Shown here one piece after another: positions 24,356 to 36,172 of a stretch of 64,000 nucleotides of DNA (position 1 is the first letter of the stretch; each line of letters begins with the position of its first letter). The stretch spans positions 1-64,000 of the forward strand of contig MU626264.1 of assembly GCA_025603075.1 (NCBI GenBank). Reading direction: 5' to 3'. The notes under the pieces were generated by a model. That model was not told where the DNA came from and ran no database searches. It was given only the letters and a program-made list of their open reading frames with translations. This DNA is from Neoconidiobolus thromboides FSU 785. Its lineage: Eukaryota > Fungi > Entomophthoromycota. The position numbers were made by a program, and so were the translations under genes.

Positions 24356-24444
24356 TTTGATGGTTATTAAATGGAATCCATATTTTGATTAAATAAAAGG
24401 TATGAAAGACACTTTAAATTTTTAAAATGCATTTTATTGTAGTA

Positions 24445-26271
24445 TTAGATAAATGTGTTATAGCATATGCCTTTTAGCTTTTTATTTAGCCATAAAACCA
24501 AGTTCTGGTTTTCAGGATGTACAACTTTTGAGTCAAAAGTCGAATGATCAACTGTCATGGATTGAAGTTCATGTTTTTTTTGATAGAATAACATTTTAGA
24601 AAGTTCGATCCTAATATTTTTATAAACTAATTATTTGTATCATATTAAAGTACCTTATAATCTCCTCTTTATAAACTAGTTGATCTTTTTTCAGTAAATT
24701 GTATGCTTTTTTTAGATCATATTCATTTAAATTTTGATATTTATTTAGATTTGAGCTTTTCATATTCCTATTGATGTTATTTTCGTGATAAATTCCTAGC
24801 CACTTTAACTCATATAACTTATAGTCATCTTGATAAGTTCTATCTAAAACCTTTTTATTAGATCGTTAAGTTGTTTCAACTATTCTACTTTTGACCCGAA
24901 TTTATAAGTGCAATAAATATCAATTCCTAAGAGAATAAATATAAGTATATCTAAAGTGATATTTAATAGCAACCAAATGGATCCCAATCAGTTAATATAA
25001 ACATCTTAATTTTCGGCGCCTTTTTATCAATATTGTATTTATTACTAATCAGCTTTAATAAGTTTCTGGTTGAATTGTCCTAATGTAAATATTAGATCTT
25101 ATTTATTCGTTTTTATCTACCGGATATCCTTTCCCCTATAACAATATTAAATAAAGTAATGATATTTATAATATTTACTGTAATCAAAGTACTTTTAGGG
25201 AACATTCCGAAAAATCCACTTGATATCAAATATTCATAAATGGCCTATAATTTTATTAGTAAACTAACTTATATTTATATCCACAAACTTCTTTTTCTAC
25301 AATGAGCACGAAATCACTTTCACATTGTATATCTTTTATTAGTATATGAAATGTTGATTCGAATAGTTACCTATTATTGAATTTGAGTACGGTACTAAAT
25401 TCCACTAAATAATTATTAGCATTTTTTAATTATATATGCTCTAAATAATACATCGCATTTCGTAGAAAAATTTCCAAATGGTCTATCTTTTGTAAATATT
25501 GATATAGAACCAGAATAAAGTCCTTTCGGAGAAGCAATCTATTCAGATTAGATAATAACTACCAAGCTAATAAAATATTACAATATTTAATTTTTCATAG
25601 AATATATTATGATGCTTTTTTATTAAAGCTAAAGACTATTTTCATTAGAAATATTAGTATGATTATATTATATTGCTTTACTTTATCTACCACTCTAGTA
25701 GATTTAAATAAATTGACGTCTTTGTAATAGATATCTCTAACAAAAATAAAATTATACTTTTGTATTTATATGTACAATTACCTTTTGGTACTTACAACTC
25801 CAGAATTTAACGAATTGTATGATATCTGAAATATCTTGAACATTGTAGCTTATCAATTGATAAGCTAATTAATGAGCCAATTAATGAGTATAATAATTAC
25901 CGTATTTTTCGGATCCTTTTATAGTATCTAAATTTAATTTCCTATATTCGTAAGATTTTTAATTGGAATATTATAAATACTTATTTTTATTTAGAATAAA
26001 ACATGTTGGAGTTGAATTATTCTTCAAGTTAATTAACAGATTAATTATGAAATTTTCAATTTTACTAAAAATAAAGTTCTATTTTTAATGTCATTGTATT
26101 GATTTACTTTTTTTCAGTTATAATAGTATCTTCATCCTCACTTGAAGTTGCCCCTATAAATATCATTAGAATATTAAATGCCAAAATAACCCCATATCTT
26201 TAGTTACATGAGCCGAATCCGCTTGAAGACATGCTAAGTTTAATATTTGAGTATCTTGTAATAGCGGCCAT
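24445..26271 (-). CDS. SPO11: Meiotic double-strand-break topoisomerase-like protein SPO11 (387 aa, 16 exons: 26271-26208, 26153-26108, 26064-25981, 25941-25901, 25848-25782, 25736-25682, 25635-25582, 25538-25452, 25404-25371, 25332-25289, 25244-25179, 25135-25121, 25079-24974, 24926-24889, 24850-24654, 24610-24445)
   Basis: Manual splicing at GT-AG introns gives an open 1164-nt CDS. It contains TKRDIYY (catalytic Tyr), LNIIASPKGL, VLIVEKEAIY, TGKGYPD.STR, LTDWDPFGIDIYCTYKFGS (TOPRIM DxD), LKWLGI and ELSKML..KKHEL. The N-terminal exons are less certain. Confidence 0.92.
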
Positions 26272-26785
26272 TGTAATTATATCTGGTACCTAGATATTGA
26301 TCTATTTTCCATTTATAAATAAATTCATGTTATATAACCAAATTTATATCATATTATTTAATGCATTTTGTCATTTTGGATATTTATTAAAATAAATGCA
26401 TGAATGATTATTTCATACAATCTAAATTTTATATAAAAATGGACTAAATAAATATAAATAGTAGTAAAAATTTTATAACTTAACTTTATGACAATATTTA
26501 ATATAACCTTATCTTGTAATACATTAATGTTTAACGATTATTACATAAAAAGCTGTATAAGCTTAAAATATTTTTAATTTAAATGCAAATAAATTAATAA
26601 AAGGTTTGAGCCACAGGAATAATCAAAACATGAAATTGGCCATTTTTATATTTTATCATAAAAATATTAGTCTAAAATATAAAATTAATTAACACATATT
26701 ATTCATGGGACTTTTAGTTATTATTTATATAGTGATTATTTGAAATTATTCGAATATTTTTTATACAATATTTTAATAACTCAAA

Positions 26786-27895
26786 ATGGAGCTGGACTCA
26801 TATGAAATTGCCATACATGCTTACTCAATAGCCATTATAGTGCCAACTTTGATATTTAACTTGATCGTGTTTTATTTAATTTTCAAGCAGAAATGGGACA
26901 ATAACTTGATAGAAAGGAATGTTATTTTGTTTATAGTTATATCCGATATTATCTTTAGCGCTTCCATCGTTATAAAATATATAGTCGGATTTTCAAATGA
27001 TTTAAATGTTTTTAAAATCCAAACCAATGGCAGCAATTTTAATAGTAGTGATTGTAACTTATCTGGATTTTTATTAATGATTACTATGCATTCTACTACC
27101 TATATGTTGGGCGTTTTAAGTTATGTAAGATATAATTCTATAGTAACTCAATCAAATAATATTAGTTACTTAAAGTTTTCGATCATACTACTTCCTGTCG
27201 TTATTATCATATCATGTGCCATTTATGGATTAGCCAACTCTTTATTTGTTGAAATGCCTGGTGGCTTAGCATGTCATATTTGGTCACCACACCTTAATGA
27301 TCTCAAAAGAACGCCTATTCAAATACTAATGGCGTACAATATAGTATTTAGTCTAATTATGATTACCATTTTCTATATCAAAATTGCTCTATTTCATAGA
27401 AATTGTTTAAAATCGTATTTGAATAGACCATCAATTACAGTATTGAGAGCAAATCGAAAGAAAATCAGCTATCCCCATCCATGTGAGTTAGAAGAATTAA
27501 AGCTTGAAAAAGAAGTGATCCAACTAAGTGGTGCAGAAACGTTCAGTAAAATTAGTAAAATTGAAAGGATGAAGCATCAAGGATATATTGTAGCGTATAG
27601 AATCTTGATCATATTGCTAATTATATATATCTGTTATACTCCGGAATTACTGTTAGAACAAATGGAGATTTTGATGGGATGGACAAGGACAAGAGTATTA
27701 GATGGAATTTGTACTCACTTTAGATCTGGTTATGGGTTAGCTAATGCATTACTACTACTACTACTTCATACTAAAACTAGGAAAGAGTTTATAGTATTGA
27801 TTAAAAGGCTTGGAGGCAAAAACCTGGAACAACCTACCTGTAACATGACATGGAAAGACAAGATAAGAGCTTCATTTAAAAATAGGATGCGATAA
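26786..27895 (+). CDS. Class A (rhodopsin-like) GPCR-like 7TM protein, intronless (369 aa)
   Basis: Seven hydrophobic segments; TM1 Asn, TM2 SD, TM3 Cys and VRY (DRY-like), ECL2 Cys, TM6 ICYTP, TM7 Asn. Confidence 0.75.
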   Translation: MELDSYEIAIHAYSIAIIVPTLIFNLIVFYLIFKQKWDNNLIERNVILFIVISDIIFSASIVIKYIVGFSNDLNVFKIQTNGSNFNSSDCNLSGFLLMITMHSTTYMLGVLSYVRYNSIVTQSNNISYLKFSIILLPVVIIISCAIYGLANSLFVEMPGGLACHIWSPHLNDLKRTPIQILMAYNIVFSLIMITIFYIKIALFHRNCLKSYLNRPSITVLRANRKKISYPHPCELEELKLEKEVIQLSGAETFSKISKIERMKHQGYIVAYRILIILLIIYICYTPELLLEQMEILMGWTRTRVLDGICTHFRSGYGLANALLLLLLHTKTRKEFIVLIKRLGGKNLEQPTCNMTWKDKIRASFKNRMR

Positions 27896-28102
27896 ACCCT
27901 GTACATTAACACTATATCATATACCTCAAATAAACCTTTTTATCAGAGACATTAATATTTGATAATAGAAATTTAATTTTACCAAGTAAACTTTTATCTT
28001 TTACTGTTTATAAATTAGATAATAAGTAGATTTGTTTATCAAATATAAAATTCATACCATGTTGCTAAAATTTGCTTTTCTTATTCGTTTTTAAGTGTCT
28101 TT

Positions 28103-29109
28103 TTATCTAAGTGAGTTAAAGAAATAGCCTATTTCGATATTTTTACCTGATATGGTTATTTCAATGTCTTTAATATTAACATACTTTTGTTTGAAATCTT
28201 CATCAAATGAAATAACAGCTAAGGGTGCAACCCCGCAAGTCCAGTTAATTCCGTTCTTTGCCAAATTATTCTGACAGCTTTAACAATCTCATCGTCAATG
28301 ATTTCAAACATATTATCTAACTTATTTTTAATGGTTACATAGATTAATTCACATATAGTAGTGTTCAATTCATCCACAATATCAATTAGATTCTCACAAG
28401 TAGTAAATTAACTATTTTTAATTGATTGGTAACAATTATCGACCCCCTTTGGTTCAGCGTTGAATCCTTTGACTTTATTATCGAATCTTTTAACTGTTGT
28501 AAGGGTACCAGATAGCAATCCACCCTCGCTTACAGGAGCAATTACTACATCTAGGGCTACATCCATCTCTTCATTTTGTTTAAGTAATTCTAAAGTGACA
28601 GTTTCTTGGCCAATGATAACCTCTTTGTGATCAAAGGGAGGAATAAAGTAAGCACCAGTTTCATTAACAACACTGTTGTTGGTTTTAACACAATGCTCAA
28701 TGTTAGGTTCGCATTCTACAACTTAGCACTGTAACCCGAAATAGCTTCTACTTTTACTTTTCAACATTTAATTGAAAATACAATTGTACTTTTTATTCTA
28801 AAGGCTTTGGATACTAAAGTTACTGCTTGAGCATGATTTCCAGTAAGATGGGCTAATATTTCTTTCTTATGAACCTCTTCAAGGTCGGTGGATTCAATCA
28901 ATTGATTTATTGTACAAGTGGCGTCTTAAATTTTAGATGTTCTTATTTTTTGTAAATTTTCACATCCAAGAATGTTTTTTCGATATGCCATTGAATTTAT
29001 ATTACTGTTTATTAGTACTGGACTTTTATAGACTTCTATATACTTTCTCTTCAAGTTTCAAAGCTGTATCTTCAACATTAGTTAAACTCAAATTAATCAT
29101 ATTTGCCAT
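28103..29109 (-). pseudogene. Disrupted paralog of the neighbouring serine racemase / Ser-Thr dehydratase
   Basis: Colinear fragments CENLQK, TGNHAQA, GAYFIPPFDHKEVIIGQET, EGGLLSG, NAEPKGVD, VAPLAV are separated by frameshifts and stops. Confidence 0.85.
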
Positions 29110-29604
29110 AATGTTAGTTTTTAATTAAAATTAGTTTAATTTTTTGTATTACTCTTTTTATGGATGGTTTAGAGTCATTTTTATTGGTTATAGTATATAT
29201 CGTGAACCATCACGTTTGTTTACAATAATACAATATTATTGAATCTTTATTAAAGTTCACCTGAATTTGAAGATTAGTTGTGATAAGACTGAGGAATACA
29301 ATTAATAAATTGATGAATGAAAACATCCACATCATTCTAGAATTTTCAATAAATCGACATACTTAAGGTAACATATTATGTTTAAGATATACAATGTGAT
29401 ACCTTGAAGCAGTTTTTTTATACCTATATATTTATATACTTTTAGGCTTTTAAATAGCTGAAAGTCTAAAATAATGTTTAAGATTATTAACATAATATTA
29501 AATCCATAAGGATTTATTGCTAAATGTATAATACAAAACCATGATAATATATTTTTTATAATCGTATATTCTTTATACTTCACTTAAATTTCTTAAAAAT
29601 CAAA

Positions 29605-29706
29605 TTATGTGGGTGCTTTTTCGGCTTCAGCACTTTTTCCATCTTTTAAGTGCTATTTGAGCAGAAAAATTGTTGGTAAAATTCCTAAAGAATATATCCC
29701 CTTATG
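29605..29706 (-). mobile_element. 105-bp MITE family, copy 11
   Basis: Consensus match with a small deletion. Confidence 0.78.
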
Positions 29707-29818
29707 TTAAACATAAAAACAAGATTTGAAATAAGCAAATATTGCTCATTATTTTCGCGCCATCCGTAGCTATGGACACTATAGCTAAATAATATTTATA
29801 TCAAAAATGACATTTATC

Positions 29819-30829
29819 TTATTTATTACAAAAGTCAAAAAAATCAGCTAGATCAACGTTTCCGCCTGTAAGTATAATACCTACGTTCTTCAAGCCTTTA
29901 AACTTTTCTTGAAACTCTTGATTATATAGTGCAACAGCTAAAGGTACAGCTCCAGAAGGCTCAACAATTAATTTCATCCTTTCCCATATTAACTGCATGG
30001 ATTTAATAATTTGGTGATCTGAACAAGTAAAAACTCCATCAATGTACCTTTTTATTATTGGAAAATTCAAATCACCAACAGTACACCTTAATCCATCTGC
30101 AATAGTATCTGGGTTACTACATGCTTTATAATTTCCGCTTTGAATCGATTTATATAGATCATCTGCTCCCTTAGGTTCAGCAGCAATAACTTTAATGTTC
30201 TCATTAAGTTCTTTTACCGCTACGCAAGTACCAGCTAACAACCCGCCACCACCAATAGGTACAATTATAGCATCTAATTTTACATCCATTGATTCAACTT
30301 GGTTTGTAAACTCTAAAGCTAGAGTTCCTTGCCCGCAAGCAACGTGTCTGTCATTAGATGGATGAATAAAATAAGCTCCGGTCTTTTTAATAACTTGATT
30401 TACTAAGTTAATACTCGAAGCTTCATCTGGATCGCTCAGTAAAACAACTGCACCATACCCGATCACAGCTTGCTTTTTAACCTTTGAGCAGTTATTTGGC
30501 ATAACGATTGTACATGGTACCGATAGTCTTTTTGAAGCTAAAGAAAGCGCTTGTGCATGGTTACCACCTGAAAAAGTAATCACCCCTTTCTTTTTTAATT
30601 CCTCAATACCATGCTGGTGAATTAATTGATCTAGAGCATACGTTGCCCCACGGATTTTAAAAGCTCCTGTTTTTTGTAGGTTTTCGCATTTGAAATAAAA
30701 ATTAAAATGAGAGCTTAGTTCATTGATAGCGCTGTTTGTATATACTGGAGTCGAGTGTATTTTGTCACTTAAAATATGTAATGCGCTTTGTATTTGAGTT
30801 AATCTTAATTCTTCATTTGATTGTACCAT
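29819..30829 (-). CDS. PLP-dependent serine racemase / serine-threonine dehydratase family enzyme (336 aa, intronless)
   Basis: KCENLQKTGAFKIRGA (PLP Lys), GNHAQA, GQGT, GGGGLLAG, TIADGL, WERMKLIVEPSGA, TGGNVD. Confidence 0.92.
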   Translation of the reverse strand: MVQSNEELRLTQIQSALHILSDKIHSTPVYTNSAINELSSHFNFYFKCENLQKTGAFKIRGATYALDQLIHQHGIEELKKKGVITFSGGNHAQALSLASKRLSVPCTIVMPNNCSKVKKQAVIGYGAVVLLSDPDEASSINLVNQVIKKTGAYFIHPSNDRHVACGQGTLALEFTNQVESMDVKLDAIIVPIGGGGLLAGTCVAVKELNENIKVIAAEPKGADDLYKSIQSGNYKACSNPDTIADGLRCTVGDLNFPIIKRYIDGVFTCSDHQIIKSMQLIWERMKLIVEPSGAVPLAVALYNQEFQEKFKGLKNVGIILTGGNVDLADFFDFCNK

Positions 30830-31234
30830 TTTTCTTTGAAAAAGTAAAACAAGATTTTATTTTATAGGTTCATTTATATTTTATCTGTGACAAATAAGTA
30901 AGAATAGTTAATAATCTAACACAAATATAATTTATTAAAGGAATTACACTGGATTAAATAAAAAGCATATCTTATTTATTTAATGCTCAAGCACTTAATA
31001 TATACGGTTATTACTAAATTTATATATCATGTTATTTTTACTGTTAGTATAATCTTATGTCTCAAACTTTATGAAGTACAATACGTAGTAGTTTTGTAAC
31101 CATTAAGATTATTCCTTAAATGAAGACGAATGTCATTTAGTTTCATAATTTAAGTTTAAAATATTTATGGGAATAAGTATATTAAACATTTATATTAATG
31201 TAAAGATAGGCTTCTACTTATTTTCAATAAAGTA

Positions 31235-31339
31235 ATATTAGGATGTATTTTTATGTTTAAGAATTTTGGTAGTAGTTTTTTCACTGAGATAGCGCTCAAG
31301 GATGGAAAAAGCGATGAAGCCAAAAAAATACCCCCATAT
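31235..31339 (+). mobile_element. 105-bp MITE family, copy 12
   Basis: Full-length match. Confidence 0.82.
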
Positions 31340-31645
31340 CTTATTATTAAAAAAGCGAAAAGTTAGTCTATTGTTTTATTAGACATTTAAAGCATGATAT
31401 GCTACCTGTTTAAAAAAATAATGAAGTTTATTCTCATAGGTAAAATCTCAGCGAAGGACACTTTATTATAGCCTTTTAACCAAAGTACTTTGGTTTATAG
31501 ATAAGAGTTTTATACGTACTAATTTCACTTTTAAGGCAAAGATTTTCAAATATGACTTAAACTTGTTAAATTATATAGAACAAGGATTCAGATATTAAAG
31601 TATACTCTTTTTTAGAGATGTGTTTAAAAACTAAATAAAAGTAAA

Positions 31646-31742
31646 AATAGAAATATTTTTTGGTTTCATCACTTTTTCCACCCTTGAGCGCTATTCCAGT
31701 GGAAAACTATCACTAAGATTCTAAAGAAATACATTCCCAAAC
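31646..31742 (-). mobile_element. 105-bp MITE family, copy 13 (degenerate)
   Basis: Core ggtttcatcactttttcca...gagcgctatt...gtggaaaa. Confidence 0.7.
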
Positions 31743-33404
31743 ACTTTTATGATTACTTTCGTATTTAGCTAATAACTTAAATTAAATTGAGTACAAAATT
31801 AAATAATGCTTTTAATATTAAACATTTGAACTATGGATATGACAATATAAGTTAAACACTTAATCCATTTAATTATAATGTCACATCTTTAGTTATTTAT
31901 AAAGACTTCTTAAGTACAAATATTGAAAAATTTCCAAAATATCATAAACAATACTTTTATCTCTTTTAAGGTTGGATATATTAATACTGTATTGTAAAAT
32001 TATATTATATTGACGATTTAAAAAATTAATTAAATATATCAATATCAAATCGTTCGCTTTCTTAAACTACATTAAGGTTCTTTATACCAATAATCGTATA
32101 ACAAATTGATTTCAAATAGCATCTAGGGCAATTAACTTCATTATCCCTTTTTAAACTAACAACTTTAAAATACTAGTTAATTTTTCTATAGAATGATTAA
32201 AATCAATTTACTATAGCCTATTCAGCTATGTTACTATTCATAAAATATAATTGTTTCTAACTGTTCTGTTTAAAACAAAGCTGCTATTAAAAAAATAATT
32301 TAAGTGTATATTTTTCCATATAATTCAATGTACTTATGAATTAAATGCTACTATGTAATTAGTAAAACTGTAACTAGATGACACTATTTAATTTAAAAAA
32401 CCATCAATTATGTAAAAAAAAACGTTTAAAGTATTTTTAATGACAATATTAGTTTTTTACATCCTTGAAAGAATACATGCTTTGGCTTCATTTAAATAGG
32501 TAAAACTTTAGATGCCATGTCAGCTTGAAAATCTAATAAAAGCAATAGCTTGCTTTATAAAACAAATACTTATATTAATAAGGTAGGATTTGCAAATATA
32601 TAAAATATATTATTTGAAACTCCTTTTAACTTAATTTAAATCCCATTTCTTTCATTACAACTGTTAAATTCAATCGTATAAAACTAATCATTCATTTTTG
32701 AAATAAATTTTATATTAAACTGTAAATCAGAATGGTAGTATGTATAATTATAAAAATCCGGAACAACATTGCATAATTGAACTTAACTGTATATAGCTCT
32801 TAAAGTTCGATTGTGTAGCTATTCGCAAAATTTCTATAGCTACTACTTGTTTAGGTAGTTTTTTGTAAGTTACTGCTTAGAAATCAGCTGACCTGATTGA
32901 AATTTATAGAGCTAATGGAAAAGATTTTTTATAGATAAATATAATCTGGTATATTATCACTTTGATTGTTGTTGCTGGCGTCTTGTGCCTATATTAATAA
33001 TATCAATAACTGCTTATTACAAATATATTAAAATAAGAAATATTGTATAATTTCAAATAAATAAGAAATTCTTTCATAAATTAATATAGTAAGTGATTTG
33101 CTGGTGATAGAAATGATTGGCTTGAACATCATCAAATAAAATAGTTCATATACGCCAATGATTAGGGTTAAGGTACGTTTATTGATTGGAATTGATAAAT
33201 CATTTTAATCTAGTGGTAAATTACTCACCACCTCTAATTTAATAGTATAAAGCAACCTATCAGTTAAAATTACTGTAGAGTTGATAAAAACCAGTCAATT
33301 TATAAATAGCACTTTTATTAAAATATGACAAAAAACTCTTTAATTTAAACTATCACTTGAATTTAAACCAACTTCAGCTTACTCCTCGAGTTTAAAAAGT
33401 ATCT

Positions 33405-33915
33405 ATACATTGTACAATTTAACTTTAAAAGTTGCAACAAGATGGACAATTTCAACTAACCACATTTTACTACGCAAATTAGCCATCGAATTTACAATAG
33501 TCATCCTTAATCTTAAAGATCTTTATTAATGAGATGATCAAAATTCCCATGAAAGATAAATTTTACAATAAGTTTGGAACAGTATTTGATTTGAAATAAA
33601 CATCCCTAGATATTCATACCATTAATGATGAAATAGTACAGCGTTAAATGTATTTATATATTTGGTCAAGAACTTCCATTATTCTCGATAGAAAGCCAAT
33701 AATCTCGAATATATGACTAACCAATTGATTGAATTTTCTAGCATATTGTAGAAATAGTTGCAAAATTTCAAATAAAAAGCAACCTCTCTTGCAAATAATA
33801 TATTTAAAGATATTTTGCAAAAATTAATCAGTTTTGAGGATGAATCTGAATTTGCTTTAAGTCAAACCCAAAGTTTAAAATATGTTTCAACTTCAACGAT
33901 CCGCTTTTAAAGTGA
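33405..33915 (+). mobile_element. Possible decayed hAT-like transposase relic
   Basis: LKVATRW resembles the hAT V.TRWNS motif; a DPRFK-like trace lies near 33897; many stops. Confidence 0.25.
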
Positions 33916-34513
33916 CAATTTAATTTTTTTTAGTGAATGCAGCATAAATTAACTAGGATTTTTTTGCAGTTCATATATAACACCAACATGTTAGCAATGA
34001 TGGTTTTCATCGGCTTTTATTTTTTCTGTTAAAAAAGTAGATTTTAACCAAATGCCCTAATATTTTTGAGTTTTCCCGTAAAAAGCTAGCTTATTTTATC
34101 ACATTAAGCAAAAGCCGGAACATTGCAACTATAAATATAACTTAAATCAATAAGCCTAGAATTCATCATTACGATTTACTAATATAATGCTTTATCATAG
34201 TTTTTAATATTAGAATATAACTATATGGGCGCCAAACTTTATGGCTATGCTTAGTTGTAATGATTTTGACTTATATTTAAATTTTTATCTTTATGTCTTA
34301 ATTTTAATTTAATAAACCTAATTTAAGATATAAGTTTGCTCTGGATTTACTTTTTTTCAATTTGTTATACTAAGCAAATCCAAACACTTTAAAATTACTT
34401 GCAAAATTTACTAAAAAGGAGCTAAAATCGAACAAGTGCGTCATAAATGTGCGCAGTTAGTATATAAAGGATTTGAAATTATAGTTTGATTTTAATTTAT
34501 TTTTTTTTCTATA

Positions 34514-36172
34514 ATGTCAGTGAATTTTGAGGATGGAGAACTAGCGCCAATATATCTTTCTAAATATAAAATGGAGTTAATTGAAAAGTATCTTGAAGAT
34601 CAAATAAGACTAATACCTGCTTCGAATTTCTCAACACCAGCAATTACATCAGAAGCAGCTTCATCACCAAGGACAACACCAATTCCTGAGCCCAAATTAG
34701 AACTTTCACAACTAAATCAAACTCCAATACAAAACAGCTATTCAGAAATCTATCGTACATTTGCTTTACCACTAATTTATAACATGGATTCTACAGAAGA
34801 CAGGTAATTTATTTTAAAGATTTAAAAATGATTAATTTAAATTTATCAAGATCAATATCTCAAAAATCGCAAGGTTTAATTTTTAGCGTGGGAATGTAAT
34901 AATGTTTTCTCATAGAGTTTATTTAGGTTTAGTATTGATCGACCATGAATGTAATTACTTACCCCCTATAAAAGAAGCTTTAAAGGATGATCCAAATGAA
35001 CATCTTACAAATAAAAGCGCACGCTACTCAAATAATCAAGGAATAGAAAGGGAACTTTCTAAAAACAATAACATCAATAACAACAAGCCTGTAAGCATAT
35101 TGAGCTCTTTTTACTACGAGCCAGAAAATAGGATACCAAATAAACGTCATTTACTAATAAAGGAGCTAGAAGAGCCAAAAATGATATCAAAAAGGAAGAT
35201 AGATGAGAAGAAACAAAAACGTAGTATGATTCCTCAGGTACCAGACGAATTTAAATACCCTCTTGGCTAAGTGTTTAATGCTACTTTTCTAGTTTATTTC
35301 AAATAAGCTTTCAAATCATCGCATAATAGTAAATATTTAATTTAATTTAGTGACTTAACGTAATAATTATTGGCTTTTTAGCTTCCTAAGCTTGAAAGAA
35401 CTAGGCCTTCAGATATAGTGCGCAAAAAATTCGACAATTTTAATTTTTCAGAGAAAGAGTTTCTTGGTTTAAATAAAGAACAAAGAAGATTAAAAATTTA
35501 TAAGATATTGGATAATGATTCTATGAAAGACTTTGGAGCATCATCAACATCAAGAGCTACAGTGCTAAAAAAATCAAAATTCTTTAATGCTGATAATAAA
35601 ATACTTGATCAAGAGGAAGGTAACAAAAATTTTAATGATTAGCATTTTAATATAACAGATTTTAAAGAAAATACCCCAACTTCAAAACGTTCAAAAAATA
35701 ATGATAAACAAAATAATGTGACTTCGTCAATAAAGGATAATCCGTCAGGTAAGATTAAATCAAGAGATCAAATATACCAAGATTTACTATTAGGACCTTC
35801 AACTTATTTAGAAGGTAGTGTATAATTTTTAAAATAATATGTTGTTAATTTCTTTAGTTCAATCTCAAGAAGAGCTGGATCATGCATATTCATCTCAAAA
35901 CAAGCATATCAATTTGATTCCACAATTTGACAAAAACAACTATCTTGTCTCATTTAACCCTAGTTACAAAATCAAGTATGTAAATCAACTTTTTTAGCTA
36001 TCTATATATTAAATATGTTAGGGATAATATTCTGAGGAACGGAAATAAGGAATACTCTGATAAAGAAACAAATAATGATCTAAACAATTTTGAACAGTTC
36101 CAAGGAAAAATACAACAACCTTCTAAACATATTCTAGGCAATCTTTATGATATAGAAAAGATATGGCGGTAA
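34514..36172 (+). CDS. Hypothetical multi-exon protein, no family recognised
   Basis: TATA box at 34459; ATG at 34514; about 7 small GT-AG introns join ORFs 34514, 34902, 35418 and further exons in frame. The 3' end is uncertain. Confidence 0.65.

Noticed and set aside
26786-27895. Opsin interpretation of the 7TM protein
   Set aside because: No Lys six residues before the TM7 Asn, where rhodopsin binds retinal.
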